A DNA stretch of 64,000 nucleotides from an uncultured Dehalococcoidia bacterium. GTDB lineage: Bacteria > Chloroflexota > Dehalococcoidia > UBA2247 > RBG-13-53-26. Position numbers and translations under genes: made by a program. The stretch spans positions 2,757 through 66,756 of the forward strand of contig CAZBJX010000008.1 in NCBI GenBank assembly GCA_964492335.1, read 5' to 3'. Below the pieces are notes generated by a model. The model was given only the letters and a program-made list of their open reading frames with translations. It made no database searches and was not told the DNA's origin. The stretch's first letter is position 1, and each line of letters starts with the position of its first letter. Shown piece by piece: positions 39,704-49,888 of this stretch.

Positions 39704-40108
39704 ATGAGGACGATGCTGCGAAGCAAGATCCACCGGGCCCGAGTCACTGGAGGAAACGTCAGCTACGAGGGGAGCATCACCATCGACAAGCAGCTGCTTG
39801 ACGCAGCCGACATACTGCCGTACGAGATGGTCCACATACTTGACCTGAACAACGGCAACCGCTTCCAGACCTACGCCATCGAGGGGGAAGCAGGGTCGGG
39901 TGACATCGTCCTGAACGGGGCCGCCGCCCGCATGGTAGCCAAGGGCGACATCGTGATCATCCTCACCTACAGCACCGTCACCGACGAAGAGGCCAGCCAC
40001 ATCGAGCCGCGGCTCGTCTACGTTGACGCCAACAACGCCATCCGCGAACAGAAGACCGGCGGGCACGGATGGATGGACGACCTCACGGAAACGCTCAAGG
40101 CCCTCTAG
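39704..40108 (+). CDS. panD: Aspartate 1-decarboxylase
   Basis: MLRSKIHRARVT, YEGSITID (Gly-Ser cleavage site), TYAI, LNGAAAR. Confidence 0.97.
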   Translation: MRTMLRSKIHRARVTGGNVSYEGSITIDKQLLDAADILPYEMVHILDLNNGNRFQTYAIEGEAGSGDIVLNGAAARMVAKGDIVIILTYSTVTDEEASHIEPRLVYVDANNAIREQKTGGHGWMDDLTETLKAL

Positions 40109-40249
40109 TCTGGACACTGCGGTCCATCCGCCCCGGGCCGTGGTTCCCGGGCGTGGTATCATAGGGCGGCCGGAGGCCGGGGCCCCGCTTGCCCGATGGG
40201 AGGGTGCCCCATTTGCCCCCGCACCTCCGGCCCTGAGAAGGAGGAGAAG

Positions 40250-41092
40250 ATGCGGACCACCATTCTCCAGATCAAGGAGATGAAGCAGAAGGGGCAGAAG
40301 ATCCCCATGCTCACCGCCTACGACTACGCCACGGCCAAGCTGATCGACGCCGCGGGCGTGCCGCTGGTCCTGGTAGGCGACAGCCTGGGCACGGTAATCC
40401 TGGGCTACGACTCCACCATCCCGGTGACCATGGACGTGATGCTGCACCACACCAAGGCCGTGGTGCGCGGCACCTCGCAGGCCATGGTGATCGGCGACAT
40501 GCCCTTCATGACCTACCACGCCAGCGCCAGCGAGGCCCTGCACAACGCCGCCCGTTTCATGCAGGAGGCCGGGGCCCAGGCCGTCAAGCTGGAGGGCGGG
40601 GTGACCATGGCCGAGACCGTCAAGCGGATCGTGGACTGCGGCATACCGGTCATGGGCCACATCGGCCTCACGCCGCAGTCGGTGCACCAGCTGGGCGGGT
40701 TCAAGGTGCAGGGGAAGACGCAGGAGTCCGCCGTTCGCCTGGTGAAGGACGCCCGCGCCCTGGACGAGGCCGGCGCCTTCGCCATCGTCCTGGAGGCCGT
40801 GCCCACGCCGCTGGCCCGCATCATCACCCGGAAGGTCAGCGTGCCCACCATCGGCATCGGCGCCGGGCCCTTCTGCGACGGCCAGGTCCAGGTGGTCAGC
40901 GACATGCTGGGCCTCTTCACCGATTTCGTGCCCAGGCACTCCAGGCAGTATGCCCGGCTGGCTGACGGCATCAAGCAGGCCGTGGGCGATTACGTGAAGG
41001 AGGTCCAGGCGGGGGCCTTCCCCACCGACAAGCAGAGCTTCACCATGGACGAGGGCCTGCTGGCCGAGCTCGAAAAGCAGGAGGGATGGTGA
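40250..41092 (+). CDS. panB: 3-methyl-2-oxobutanoate hydroxymethyltransferase
   Basis: MLTAYDY, LVGDSLG, GDMPF, VKLEGG, GHIGLTPQS, IGIGAG, DGQVQV. Confidence 0.98.
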   Translation: MRTTILQIKEMKQKGQKIPMLTAYDYATAKLIDAAGVPLVLVGDSLGTVILGYDSTIPVTMDVMLHHTKAVVRGTSQAMVIGDMPFMTYHASASEALHNAARFMQEAGAQAVKLEGGVTMAETVKRIVDCGIPVMGHIGLTPQSVHQLGGFKVQGKTQESAVRLVKDARALDEAGAFAIVLEAVPTPLARIITRKVSVPTIGIGAGPFCDGQVQVVSDMLGLFTDFVPRHSRQYARLADGIKQAVGDYVKEVQAGAFPTDKQSFTMDEGLLAELEKQEGW

Positions 41093-41661
41093 AGCTGACG
41101 CCCCCGAGGAAGAAGGGATCGTTCACTCTGGAGGAGCTCCTGGAGCGAAGGAAGTCCACGCGCTCCTTTCTCCCCAAACGGCTGGGCCCGGAGCAGGTGT
41201 CCCAGCTCATGTGGGCCGCCCAGGGCGCCTTCCCGCGGGGAAGGCGGACCGCCCCCTCGGCCGGGGGCCTCTATCCCCTGGAGCTGTACCTGGTGACCCG
41301 GGAGAACGTGCAGCACTACGTCCCCCGGGACCACGAGCTGCAGGAGACCCTGCGGGGTGACGTTCTCCCGGAGCTCTGCCAGGCTGCTATCGGGCAGGAG
41401 TTCGTCCGGGAGGCCCCCGCCAGCATCGTCATCACGGCGGACCGCAGGGCCATGGAGGGCCGCTACGGCGAGCGCGCCGAGCGCTACATCTGCATGGAGG
41501 TGGGGCATGTCGCCCAGAACATCCACCTGCAGGCGGTGGCCATGGGGCTGGGCTCGGTGAGCGTCGGCGCGTTCCACGACGAGCAGGCGCACTCGGTGCT
41601 GGAGCTGCCCGATGAGCACTGGCCGCTGTGCATCATCCCGGTGGGATATCCGGCGGAATGA
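41086..41661 (+). CDS. SagB/ThcOx-family nitroreductase
   Basis: RRKSTRSF, LMWAAQG, RTAPSAGGLYPLELY, EVGHVAQNIHLQA, GAFHD. Confidence 0.9.
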   Translation: MVKLTPPRKKGSFTLEELLERRKSTRSFLPKRLGPEQVSQLMWAAQGAFPRGRRTAPSAGGLYPLELYLVTRENVQHYVPRDHELQETLRGDVLPELCQAAIGQEFVREAPASIVITADRRAMEGRYGERAERYICMEVGHVAQNIHLQAVAMGLGSVSVGAFHDEQAHSVLELPDEHWPLCIIPVGYPAE

Positions 41662-42491
41662 AGGTCATAACCACCATCGCCGCGTTCCGGGAGGCCCGCC
41701 GGGCGGGGGGCGCCACCGGTTTCGTGCCCACCATGGGCTACCTCCATGAGGGGCACCTGTCCCTGGTCCGGCAGGCCAGGGCCGAGAACGAGCTGTGCGC
41801 CGTGAGCATCTTCGTCAACCCCGCCCAGTTCGGGCCCAGGGAGGACTTCGCCCGCTACCCACGCGACCCCGACCGCGACCTGGCCCTGCTGGAGAAAGAG
41901 GGGGCGGACCTGGTGCTGATGCCGCCGGTGGAGGAGATGTACCCGCCCGGGGCCGCCACCTGGGTGGACGTGGACGGCGTCACCACCAGGCTCGAGGGCG
42001 CCGCCCGACCCGGGCACTTCCGGGGGGTGGCCACCGTGGTGGCCAAGCTGTTCAACATCGTCGAGCCCACCCGGGCCTACTTCGGACAGAAGGATGCCCA
42101 GCAGGTCATCGTCATCCAGAAGATGGTGAAGGACCTCAACATGCCCCTGGAGGTGGTGGTGGTGCCCACCCGGCGCGAGCCCGACGGGCTGGCCATGAGC
42201 AGCCGCAACGTCTACCTCAGCCCCGAGGAGCGCCGGGCGGCGGTGGTCCTGTGGAGATCGATGGGGCTGGCCCGGGGCCTCTGGGAGAAGGGCGAGCGGG
42301 ACGCCCGGAAGATGCGCCAGGAGATGGAGGACCTCATCGGCAAGGAGCCCCTGGCACGCATAGACTATGTGAGCATAGCCGATCCCGGCACGCTGGAGGA
42401 GCTGTCGCAGGTGGAGGGGCTGGCGCTGGTCTCCATGGCGGTCTTCCTGGGCAAGACCAGGCTGATCGACAACGTCACGCTGGGGGGATGA
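41658..42491 (+). CDS. panC: Pantoate--beta-alanine ligase
   Basis: FVPTMGYLHEGH, SIFVNPAQF, RPGHFRGV, YFGQKD, DGLAMSSRN, RLIDN. Confidence 0.98.
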   Translation: MKVITTIAAFREARRAGGATGFVPTMGYLHEGHLSLVRQARAENELCAVSIFVNPAQFGPREDFARYPRDPDRDLALLEKEGADLVLMPPVEEMYPPGAATWVDVDGVTTRLEGAARPGHFRGVATVVAKLFNIVEPTRAYFGQKDAQQVIVIQKMVKDLNMPLEVVVVPTRREPDGLAMSSRNVYLSPEERRAAVVLWRSMGLARGLWEKGERDARKMRQEMEDLIGKEPLARIDYVSIADPGTLEELSQVEGLALVSMAVFLGKTRLIDNVTLGG

Positions 42492-42509
42492 GGCGGAGGG
42501 TGGTGCAGC

Positions 42510-44099
42510 ATGGCTGAGTTCAATCCGGAGGAGTTCTTCCGGGCCGCGGAGCGCATCCGGGATGCAGCCGCCGCGGACGGGCGGCTGCTGGTCAACCCCG
42601 CCGACCAGGAGCTGGGGGCCGTCGTGGAGAAGGAGCCGGAGGTCCGCCGGACCGTCTACGGCAGCTTCGTGGCCCGCAGCGAGCCCATGTCCCGGGCCGC
42701 CATGTTCACCGAGAACAGCGTCGATCACCCCTTCGGGGCCCGGGAGCGCAAGCTGCTGGCCCAGTGCGAGAGCGTGCTCTCCTCCAGGCGGCTGGTCTCG
42801 GTGGACCGGACGGTGGGCAACGAGTCCAGCCCCACCGTGGTGCGGCTGATCGTTCCCGAGGAGTTCGCCCACGTCGCCTATGGCGGGAAGAACCTCTTCC
42901 TGCCCGTCAGGCACTCCTTCAAGCAGCCCCACTACACCATCATCATGTTCGCCGACGACGCCTTCGAGGCCAACAAGTCCAGGCCCCTGCCCCAGAAGGA
43001 CATCACCATCAGGCTGGCCATGCTCGAGGACGGCCGGGTGGTCAAGATCGTGCGCAACTCCAACTACATCGGCGAGTACAAGAAGGGGGTGTTCGCCGGG
43101 GAGGACTGGGCGGCCAAGACCCGGAAGGGGGGCATATTCCTGCACGCCGGCTGCCGGGAGGACTACCTGCAGTCTGCCCGCGGCGACTACCGCACCGTCA
43201 GGACCCTGCTGGCCTCGCTGTCGGCCAACGGCAAGACCACCACCTCGGGCAAGGTCCTGGCCCGCAAGGGCAAGGAGAAGTCCTGGCTGGTCCAGGACGA
43301 CGGCGGCACGCTGATGCCCGACGGGTCCTTCTACGGCTTCGAGGCCGGCGGCATATTCGTGAAGACCGAGGGCGTCAACCCCGGCGAGCAGGCCGAGATA
43401 TACTACGGCCTGCTGAACCCGCAGACCTTCGGCGAGAACATCCACGTCACCCCGGAGGGGGACATGGATTTCTACAACCTCAACCTGACCTCCAACGGGC
43501 GGGCCGTCATACCCCGCAGGGACTTCATGCACGCCAGCCGCCACATCGACGTCGAGAGGGTGGACAACCTGGTCCTGCTGACCAGGGGGCCGCTGATCCC
43601 GGCCATATCCCGGCTGACGCGCGAGCAGGCCGTGGCCCTGATGATCCTGGGGCAGGCCATGGAGTCCTCCGCCGGGGACCCCACCAGGGCCGGCAGGATC
43701 AGGACGGAGTTCTTCTACGACCCCTTCATGGCCGGCAACAAGGCCGACCACGCCAACCTCCTCTACGACATCACGGAGGGGCTGCCCCACCTGCAGTACT
43801 ACCTGCTCAATACCGGCGGCATCGGCGCCGGCGAGGAGCACCGGCAGATAAGGCTGGAGCACACCCTGGCCATTCTGGACTCGCTGCTCCGGGGCGGGCT
43901 GCAGGACTGGGTGGACTCCCCATCCGGCTTCCAGGTCCCGGCCGCCGTGAGGGCGGTGGATGATGTCTACTTCCACCCCGAGATGCTCTACCGGGGGGAC
44001 CGCTTCCGGGCCCTGCAGCGGGAACTCAACCGGCTGCGGCGCGAGACCATCGAGCGGGTGGGCGGCCGCCTGCACCCCGGCATAAGGGCGGTATTCTAG
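42510..44099 (+). CDS. pckA: Divergent ATP-dependent PEP carboxykinase family protein
   Basis: YIGEYKKG, LHAGC, SLSANGKTT P-loop, QDDG, LNTGG; recognisable but atypical. Confidence 0.7.
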   Translation: MAEFNPEEFFRAAERIRDAAAADGRLLVNPADQELGAVVEKEPEVRRTVYGSFVARSEPMSRAAMFTENSVDHPFGARERKLLAQCESVLSSRRLVSVDRTVGNESSPTVVRLIVPEEFAHVAYGGKNLFLPVRHSFKQPHYTIIMFADDAFEANKSRPLPQKDITIRLAMLEDGRVVKIVRNSNYIGEYKKGVFAGEDWAAKTRKGGIFLHAGCREDYLQSARGDYRTVRTLLASLSANGKTTTSGKVLARKGKEKSWLVQDDGGTLMPDGSFYGFEAGGIFVKTEGVNPGEQAEIYYGLLNPQTFGENIHVTPEGDMDFYNLNLTSNGRAVIPRRDFMHASRHIDVERVDNLVLLTRGPLIPAISRLTREQAVALMILGQAMESSAGDPTRAGRIRTEFFYDPFMAGNKADHANLLYDITEGLPHLQYYLLNTGGIGAGEEHRQIRLEHTLAILDSLLRGGLQDWVDSPSGFQVPAAVRAVDDVYFHPEMLYRGDRFRALQRELNRLRRETIERVGGRLHPGIRAVF

Positions 44100-44153
44100 C
44101 GGCGGGCGCACCCGGGGCCGAGGTGCCGGGGGCCATCCCCGGCGGCGGGCCCG

Positions 44154-46196
44154 TCAATCGACCTTGAACACCGCCACCGACTGCTGCATCTGTGCGGACA
44201 TGTCGGTCAGGGCGTGGGCGGCGGCCAGCGTCTCCTCCACCTGGGCCGACATCTGCTCCGACGCCGCCGAGACCTCCTGGGCCGCGGCGCTGTTCTCGAG
44301 GGCTATGCCGGCAGAGCTGGAAACCGCCATGGAGACGGACTGGGCGCGCTCGGTCATCTGCTGGGTGGCGGCGGCATTCTGCTCCACCACCCGGTTGATG
44401 CCGTCGATCTCAGCCACCATCTCGGCGCTGAACTCCCTGAGCGCCCCGGCCGCCAGGGATATGCGCTCCACCTGCGCGGCCTCGGCCTGCGACTTCTCCA
44501 GGATGGCATCCAGCGAGGCCCCGGCGTCGGCCGCCAGCCGGTAGCCGCTCTCCACGTCCCTGGCGCCCTGATGCATGGCGCTCACGGCCTCCTGCAGACT
44601 CGTCTGGATCCCGCCCACCAGCGTGGCGATCTCCCTGGTGGCCACCGAGGAGCGCTCCGCCAGCTTCCTGACCTCATCGGCCACCACGGCGAAGCCGCGG
44701 CCCTGCTCCCCGGCCCGGGCGGCCTCTATGGCCGCATTGAGGGCCAGCAGGTTGGTCTGGGCGGCGATGTCGTCGATGGTGGCCACGATATCGCCGATCT
44801 CCTGCGATCTCCCGCCGAGGTCGCTGACCCTGGCGGCCACCTGGTCCATGGCCTTCTTGATCTGGGCCATCCCCTCCACTGTCTGGCGGGCCTTGCGCGT
44901 GCCTTCGGCCGCGGAGGCGGCCGTGGCCCCCCAGGACTGGTTGCCCTCCTCGGCGCTGATGGCCACCTCCGAGATGGCGATGGAGAGCTCCCTCACCAGC
45001 CGCGAGGCCTCCTCCACCCCCCTGGCCTGCGCCTGGGCGCCCTCGGCGATCTGGCGGACGGCCGCGGTCAGCTGCGCTACGCCTGTGGCCGTCTCCTGCA
45101 GTGAGGCCGACTGCTCGTCGGCCCCCTTGGCCACGGTCTGCATGGTGATGGTTATCTGCTGGGTAGCCTGGGCAGTCTGCTCGGAGGCCCAGTTCAGTTG
45201 CTTGCTGGCCTGCTCTACATCGGCCGCCGCCGACTTCGTCTTGCCGATCAGCTCGCGCTGCCGGGCCACCAGCCGGGCATGGGCCAGGCCCAGCACGTCC
45301 CTGTCCGACCTGGGCCGCATGTCCCCGGTGAGATCGCCGTCGGCCACCCTGCTGCTGGCCCGGGCCATCCCCTCCATGTAGTCGATGACCCGCGCGTAGG
45401 CCGCCGCCAGGTCGCCCACCTCGTCGTTCGACTTCACGCTCACCCGGCTGGTCACGTCACCCTCCGCCAGCGCCTCCGAGGTCCGCACCATGGCCGCCAG
45501 CGGCCTGGCCAGGGTCACCCGCACCACCAGCCAGAACAGCACCAGGCAGACGACGCATATGCCTCCCAGGGTCCAGCCCATCAGGTCCCTCCAGGACCGG
45601 TACTGGGCTACCAGGGCCTCCACGTCCGGCCCGCGGGTGCCCACCACCCATCCCCAGGGCTCGACGGACTTGACGTACGACATCTTGGTTACCACGCCGC
45701 CCCGGGGGCCGGCCATGGCATACTCGTGCGCCCCCCCTCCCCCGTCCCGGGCTACGGCCGCGAAGTCCTGGTAGAGGCGGCGGCCGTCATTGTCCAGCAC
45801 GCCGGAGACGTTGGTGCCCACCAGTCCCGGGTTCTCGGCGTCCACCAGCAGCACCGGCCAGCCATCCTGGACCCAGAACACGCCGTCTCCAAGGCCGGTG
45901 TCCCAGGTGAGGCTGCCCACCGCCGCCAGGGCGTAGGCCTGGGCCTCGGCCGAGGTCATCACCCCCGCCTGCTCCATCTCATGCACGAACTCGATGGTCC
46001 CGCACGCCAGCTCGACGGCGTTCCTCGTCTTGTGCTGCGCGTCCCGCATCTTGTCCGCCTGGAACCGCGGCAGTGCCCAGTAGCCCCAGAAGCAGGTGAA
46101 GGCCGCGACGATAATGAGGAACACCACGATCAGCCTGGCGAGGATGCTGGTCCTGATCCGCCTGCCTCTGATCATCTCACCCCGTTGCCTTTCCAT
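44154..46196 (-). CDS. Methyl-accepting chemotaxis protein (Cache-type sensor, HAMP, signalling domain)
   Basis: Two TM segments, FWVQD...[69 protein letters not shown]. Confidence 0.95.
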   Translation of the reverse strand: MERQRGEMIRGRRIRTSILARLIVVFLIIVAAFTCFWGYWALPRFQADKMRDAQHKTRNAVELACGTIEFVHEMEQAGVMTSAEAQAYALAAVGSLTWDTGLGDGVFWVQDGWPVLLVDAENPGLVGTNVSGVLDNDGRRLYQDFAAVARDGGGGAHEYAMAGPRGGVVTKMSYVKSVEPWGWVVGTRGPDVEALVAQYRSWRDLMGWTLGGICVVCLVLFWLVVRVTLARPLAAMVRTSEALAEGDVTSRVSVKSNDEVGDLAAAYARVIDYMEGMARASSRVADGDLTGDMRPRSDRDVLGLAHARLVARQRELIGKTKSAAADVEQASKQLNWASEQTAQATQQITITMQTVAKGADEQSASLQETATGVAQLTAAVRQIAEGAQAQARGVEEASRLVRELSIAISEVAISAEEGNQSWGATAASAAEGTRKARQTVEGMAQIKKAMDQVAARVSDLGGRSQEIGDIVATIDDIAAQTNLLALNAAIEAARAGEQGRGFAVVADEVRKLAERSSVATREIATLVGGIQTSLQEAVSAMHQGARDVESGYRLAADAGASLDAILEKSQAEAAQVERISLAAGALREFSAEMVAEIDGINRVVEQNAAATQQMTERAQSVSMAVSSSAGIALENSAAAQEVSAASEQMSAQVEETLAAAHALTDMSAQMQQSVAVFKVD

Positions 46197-46335
46197 CCCG
46201 GCCCCCCGGGGCCGTCTCCCTCGCATCCGATGCGGTCCTGTAATCCAAGGACATGCTAGGCCAGGCAGGTCACGGCCGGGTCACGGGATGGCGGCGGGAC
46301 GTCTCGACGGCCTTGCCGCCGGGGGCATGGGAGTC

Positions 46336-46536
46336 TCAGTCAGGTCTCAGCAGGGCCTCCCCGATCCCGCCCATGGCCGAGAGGCATTGGGTCCATGTCA
46401 GGCCGTTGGACCGCCCCCCGTCCACCACCAGGTTGGCCCCGTTCACGAAGGCGGACTCATCGCCGGCCAGCCACAGCGCGGCCCGGGCTACGTCCCCGGG
46501 CAGACAGGCCCGGCGCAGCGGCTGGAGGGCGGCGAG
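46336..46536 (-). pseudogene. C-terminal remnant of an SDR oxidoreductase
   Basis: QPLRRACLPGDVARAALWLAGDESAFVNGANLVVDGG with no Rossmann N-terminus upstream. Confidence 0.8.
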
Positions 46537-46686
46537 AGACGTTCGTGATGGGGGCGGCGGCGGCCGAGACGCCGTTGAGAGGCCGGGAGCGCATAATGGC
46601 CCGGATGGCCGGACCCGGCATGGCCATTGAGCGCCCGCACCGGCAACCGCCCCACCGGCGTCCGTTGAGTATAAGGAGGAATCACT

Positions 46687-47817
46687 ATGGACCTGGACGA
46701 TCTCTTGCAGATGGTGGTGGAGAAGGGGGCCTCGGACCTGCACCTGACGGTGCCCAGCCCTCCCGTCATGCGCATCGATGGCTCGCTGGTGCCCGTGCCG
46801 GGGGCGGAACCGCTGGACTCTGCAGCCATGACCCGGCTCTTCAAGCAGGCCACCATGACCAAGCAGAGAACGGCCTTCAAGGCGGAGAAGGAGCTCGATT
46901 TCGCCTACAGCCTGGACGGGGTTGCCCGGTTCCGGGTCAATGCCATGCTGCAGAGGGGCTCGGTCAGCCTGGCCTTCCGGCGGGTCCTGGTGGACATACC
47001 GACCATCGACGGCTTGGGCCTGCCGCCCATCCTGAAGGATGTCATCCTCAAGCCCCGGGGGCTGGTCCTGGTCACCGGGCCGGCCAACAGCGGCAAGTCC
47101 ACCACTTTGGCCGCCATGATCAGGCACCTCAACGAGAGCGCCGCCAAGAATGTCATCACCATCGAGGACCCTGTGGAGTACCTGTTCCTCAATGACAAGT
47201 GCATCATCCGCCAGCGGGACCTGGGGGACGACACCCTGTCCTTCAACGCCGCCCTGGTGCACGCCCTGCGGCATGACCCGGACGTGGTGATCATCGGCGA
47301 GATGCGGGACCTGGACACCATAAGCACGGCCATGACGGCGGCGGAGACCGGGCACATGGTGCTGGGCACCCTGCATACCGTCGATGCGGCCCAGTCCATC
47401 GACCGGGTGATCGACATGTACCCCTACGGCCAGCAGCAGCAGGTGAGGCTGCAGCTGTCCCAGGTCATCGAGGCGGTGGTGTCCCAGGCCCTCCTGCCGC
47501 GCATCGGCGGGGGGAGGGTGGCTGCGGTGGAGATCATGCTGGCCAACAACGTTATCCGGCGGCTCATCCGCGACCACAAGATCTTCGAAGTGCCCCCCAA
47601 CATCGAGATGGGCAGCCGGGAGGGCATGCAGACGCTGGACATGGCCATGGCCGACCTGGTCAAGAGGGGAGTGGTCGCCCAGGAGGCCGCCATGGCCAAG
47701 AGCAGTAACCCGGCCAGGCTCAACGAGCTCCTCTACAGGGCCCCGACGGTGAGCCGGGATGCCGGGCTCATGGGCATTCCCCGCGACCCGTTCGCCGGGC
47801 GCGGCATGCGCGGATAG
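46687..47817 (+). CDS. pilT: Type IV pilus retraction ATPase PilT/PilU family
   Basis: ASDLHL, RFRVNA, VTGPANSGKSTT, TIEDPVE, DPDVVIIGEMRD, AAETGH-V-GTLHT. Confidence 0.92.
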   Translation: MDLDDLLQMVVEKGASDLHLTVPSPPVMRIDGSLVPVPGAEPLDSAAMTRLFKQATMTKQRTAFKAEKELDFAYSLDGVARFRVNAMLQRGSVSLAFRRVLVDIPTIDGLGLPPILKDVILKPRGLVLVTGPANSGKSTTLAAMIRHLNESAAKNVITIEDPVEYLFLNDKCIIRQRDLGDDTLSFNAALVHALRHDPDVVIIGEMRDLDTISTAMTAAETGHMVLGTLHTVDAAQSIDRVIDMYPYGQQQQVRLQLSQVIEAVVSQALLPRIGGGRVAAVEIMLANNVIRRLIRDHKIFEVPPNIEMGSREGMQTLDMAMADLVKRGVVAQEAAMAKSSNPARLNELLYRAPTVSRDAGLMGIPRDPFAGRGMRG

Positions 47818-47881
47818 GGCCCGCGGCGCAGGGGCCGGGCCCGCGCCTGGACCAGGCCGGACCCGGCGCGGCTGCCGCCGG

Positions 47882-48649
47882 CTACTTCGGCGGGAAGCGG
47901 ACGCCCCCGTCCAGCCGGATGGTCTCGCCGTTCAGGAACGCGTTCTCCACGATGTGCTGGACCAGGCCGGCGAACTCCTCCACCCGGCCGAACCGCTTCG
48001 GGAACGGGATGTGCACGGTGATCCCGTCCTTCATCTCCTGCGGCATGAGGGCCGTGAGCGGGGTATCGAAGGTCCCCGGGGCGATGGTGCAGCACCGGAT
48101 GCCGCTGCGGGCCAGGTCCCTGGCCACTGCCAGGGTCATCCCCACCACCCCCGCCTTGGAGGCGCAGTAGGCCACCTGCCCCATCTGGGGCTCCAGGGCG
48201 GCCACCGAGGCGGTGTTGATGATCACCCCGCGCTCGCCGTCAGCGGTGGGCTCGTTCTTCTGCATGTGGAATGCCACCCAGCGGGTGCAGTCGAAGGTGC
48301 CGATCAGGTTCAGCTCGACGATCTTCTTGAAGGCGTCCAGGTCATGCGGGCCGTTCCTGTCCGCCGTCTTCCCCACCCATCCGCTCCCGGCGCAGTTGAC
48401 CAGGATGTGGATGGCCCCGAACTCCTTGAGGGCCGACTCGACACCGGCCTGCACGGTCTCGGTCCTGGTCACGTCGACCTCAGCGAAGGCCGCCCTGGCC
48501 CCCAGTTGGCGGCAGAGGTTCTCCGCGTTCTGGCGGTTGAAGTCGGCGATCACCACGTTGGCCCCGGCTGCGTGAAGGCGCCTGGCGGTGGCTTCGCCCA
48601 GCCCGCTGGCCCCCCCGGTAACGAAAGCGGTCTTGCCCTTAACGTCCAT
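47882..48649 (-). CDS. SDR, 3-hydroxyacyl-CoA dehydrogenase type II (HSD10-like)
   Basis: TGGASGLG, VNCAG, ERGVIINTAS, YCASK, IAPGTFDTP, ETIRLDGG. Confidence 0.9.
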   Translation of the reverse strand: MDVKGKTAFVTGGASGLGEATARRLHAAGANVVIADFNRQNAENLCRQLGARAAFAEVDVTRTETVQAGVESALKEFGAIHILVNCAGSGWVGKTADRNGPHDLDAFKKIVELNLIGTFDCTRWVAFHMQKNEPTADGERGVIINTASVAALEPQMGQVAYCASKAGVVGMTLAVARDLARSGIRCCTIAPGTFDTPLTALMPQEMKDGITVHIPFPKRFGRVEEFAGLVQHIVENAFLNGETIRLDGGVRFPPK

Positions 48650-48857
48650 GCTCGGTCCTCCCTCTCCTAATCGGTGATGTCACTACCAAATAGGATACCC
48701 GATCGCCGCGTTTGGGGACAGGCGGATCTCCCGGCGCGCCTGGCGCAGCGGCGCGGGCCCGGGCGCAGGCCGTACCCCCGGCGCGCCGGGGGTTTGACCG
48801 TGCACACCGCCCATAGTAGAGTAGCACTGGCATTCTGTGTGGAGGTGCAGACCGGAC

Positions 48858-49592
48858 ATGGACATCCCTGAAGTAATTGTGGAGAGAAGGAGCATCCGCG
48901 CCTTCAAGCCGGACCCCATCCCCCGTGACGTCCTGAACAAGATAGCCGCCATGGCCCTGCGCGCCCCCTCATGGGCCAACACCCAGCCCTGGGAGCTGGT
49001 CATCGTCTCCGGAGCGAAGCTGGAGGCCATCAAGGAGGCCTTCGTCACACAGCGCGGAGTGAAGGCCCACCCGGACTTCCGCGGGCCGAAGCTCTTCACC
49101 GGGATATACCGGGCCCGGTTCCAGGCCCTGGCCACCAGGATCACCGAGGCCACCAGGTTGACCAGGGCCCCCGGGGCGCCGAAGGCCTCCGGCAAGACAA
49201 AGGCCCCCGGCCGGGGCCAGGCGGACCGCGAGTCGCCGGAGTGGTTTCTCCAGGGCCCCCGCCTGTACGGGGCCCCGGCGGCCATATATATCTTGATCGA
49301 TCGGTCTTTCTACGAGCAGGCCGGCCACTTCAACGTCTGGCCGGTGTTCGACTGCGGCCTGGTGGCGCAGAACATCATGCTCCTGGCCACCCACCACGGG
49401 CTGGGCACCATCATCCAGGCGCAGGCGGCCCACTACCCGGACGTCCTGCGGCAGATGCTGGGCATCGCCGACTCCAAGCTGGTGCTGGTGGGCATAGCTA
49501 TAGGGTACCCGGACTGGGACAACCCCATAAACAAGGTCCGCTCCGAAAGGGAGGCCGTGGAGAGCGTGGTCAAGTGGTACGGATTTGACTGA
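48858..49592 (+). CDS. Nitroreductase family protein
   Basis: RRSIRAFK, APSWANTQPW, YGAPA, FDCG, LGTIIQ, IAIGYPD. Confidence 0.9.
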   Translation: MDIPEVIVERRSIRAFKPDPIPRDVLNKIAAMALRAPSWANTQPWELVIVSGAKLEAIKEAFVTQRGVKAHPDFRGPKLFTGIYRARFQALATRITEATRLTRAPGAPKASGKTKAPGRGQADRESPEWFLQGPRLYGAPAAIYILIDRSFYEQAGHFNVWPVFDCGLVAQNIMLLATHHGLGTIIQAQAAHYPDVLRQMLGIADSKLVLVGIAIGYPDWDNPINKVRSEREAVESVVKWYGFD

Positions 49593-49669
49593 GGCGGCGC
49601 CGCCTGATTTGTGCCGGCGTCGCACGATCGGATATACTATTCTCGCCGATTACTCGTGGGAGGTGGTCT

Positions 49670-49882
49670 GTGGAGCAAACAAGTCTGCCCAGGTGCCAGA
49701 AGTGCAGCGCGGGCGATCTGGTGCCCCTGTCCGATTTCGGCAGTCAGGGTGCGCCAATTCACTATAAGGCGTGGGTCTGCACCAATCCCAACTGCGGCTT
49801 CAACCTCAAAATCAGGAACGGTGACGTCTACATCAACGAGCCGGTTATCAGCGGCGCAATGCACAATTCGCGGGTGCGCTAG
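49670..49882 (+). CDS. Small zinc-ribbon protein
   Basis: CQKC and CTNPNC pairs; GGAGG RBS. Confidence 0.65.
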   Translation: MEQTSLPRCQKCSAGDLVPLSDFGSQGAPIHYKAWVCTNPNCGFNLKIRNGDVYINEPVISGAMHNSRVR

Positions 49883-49888
49883 ACGATC

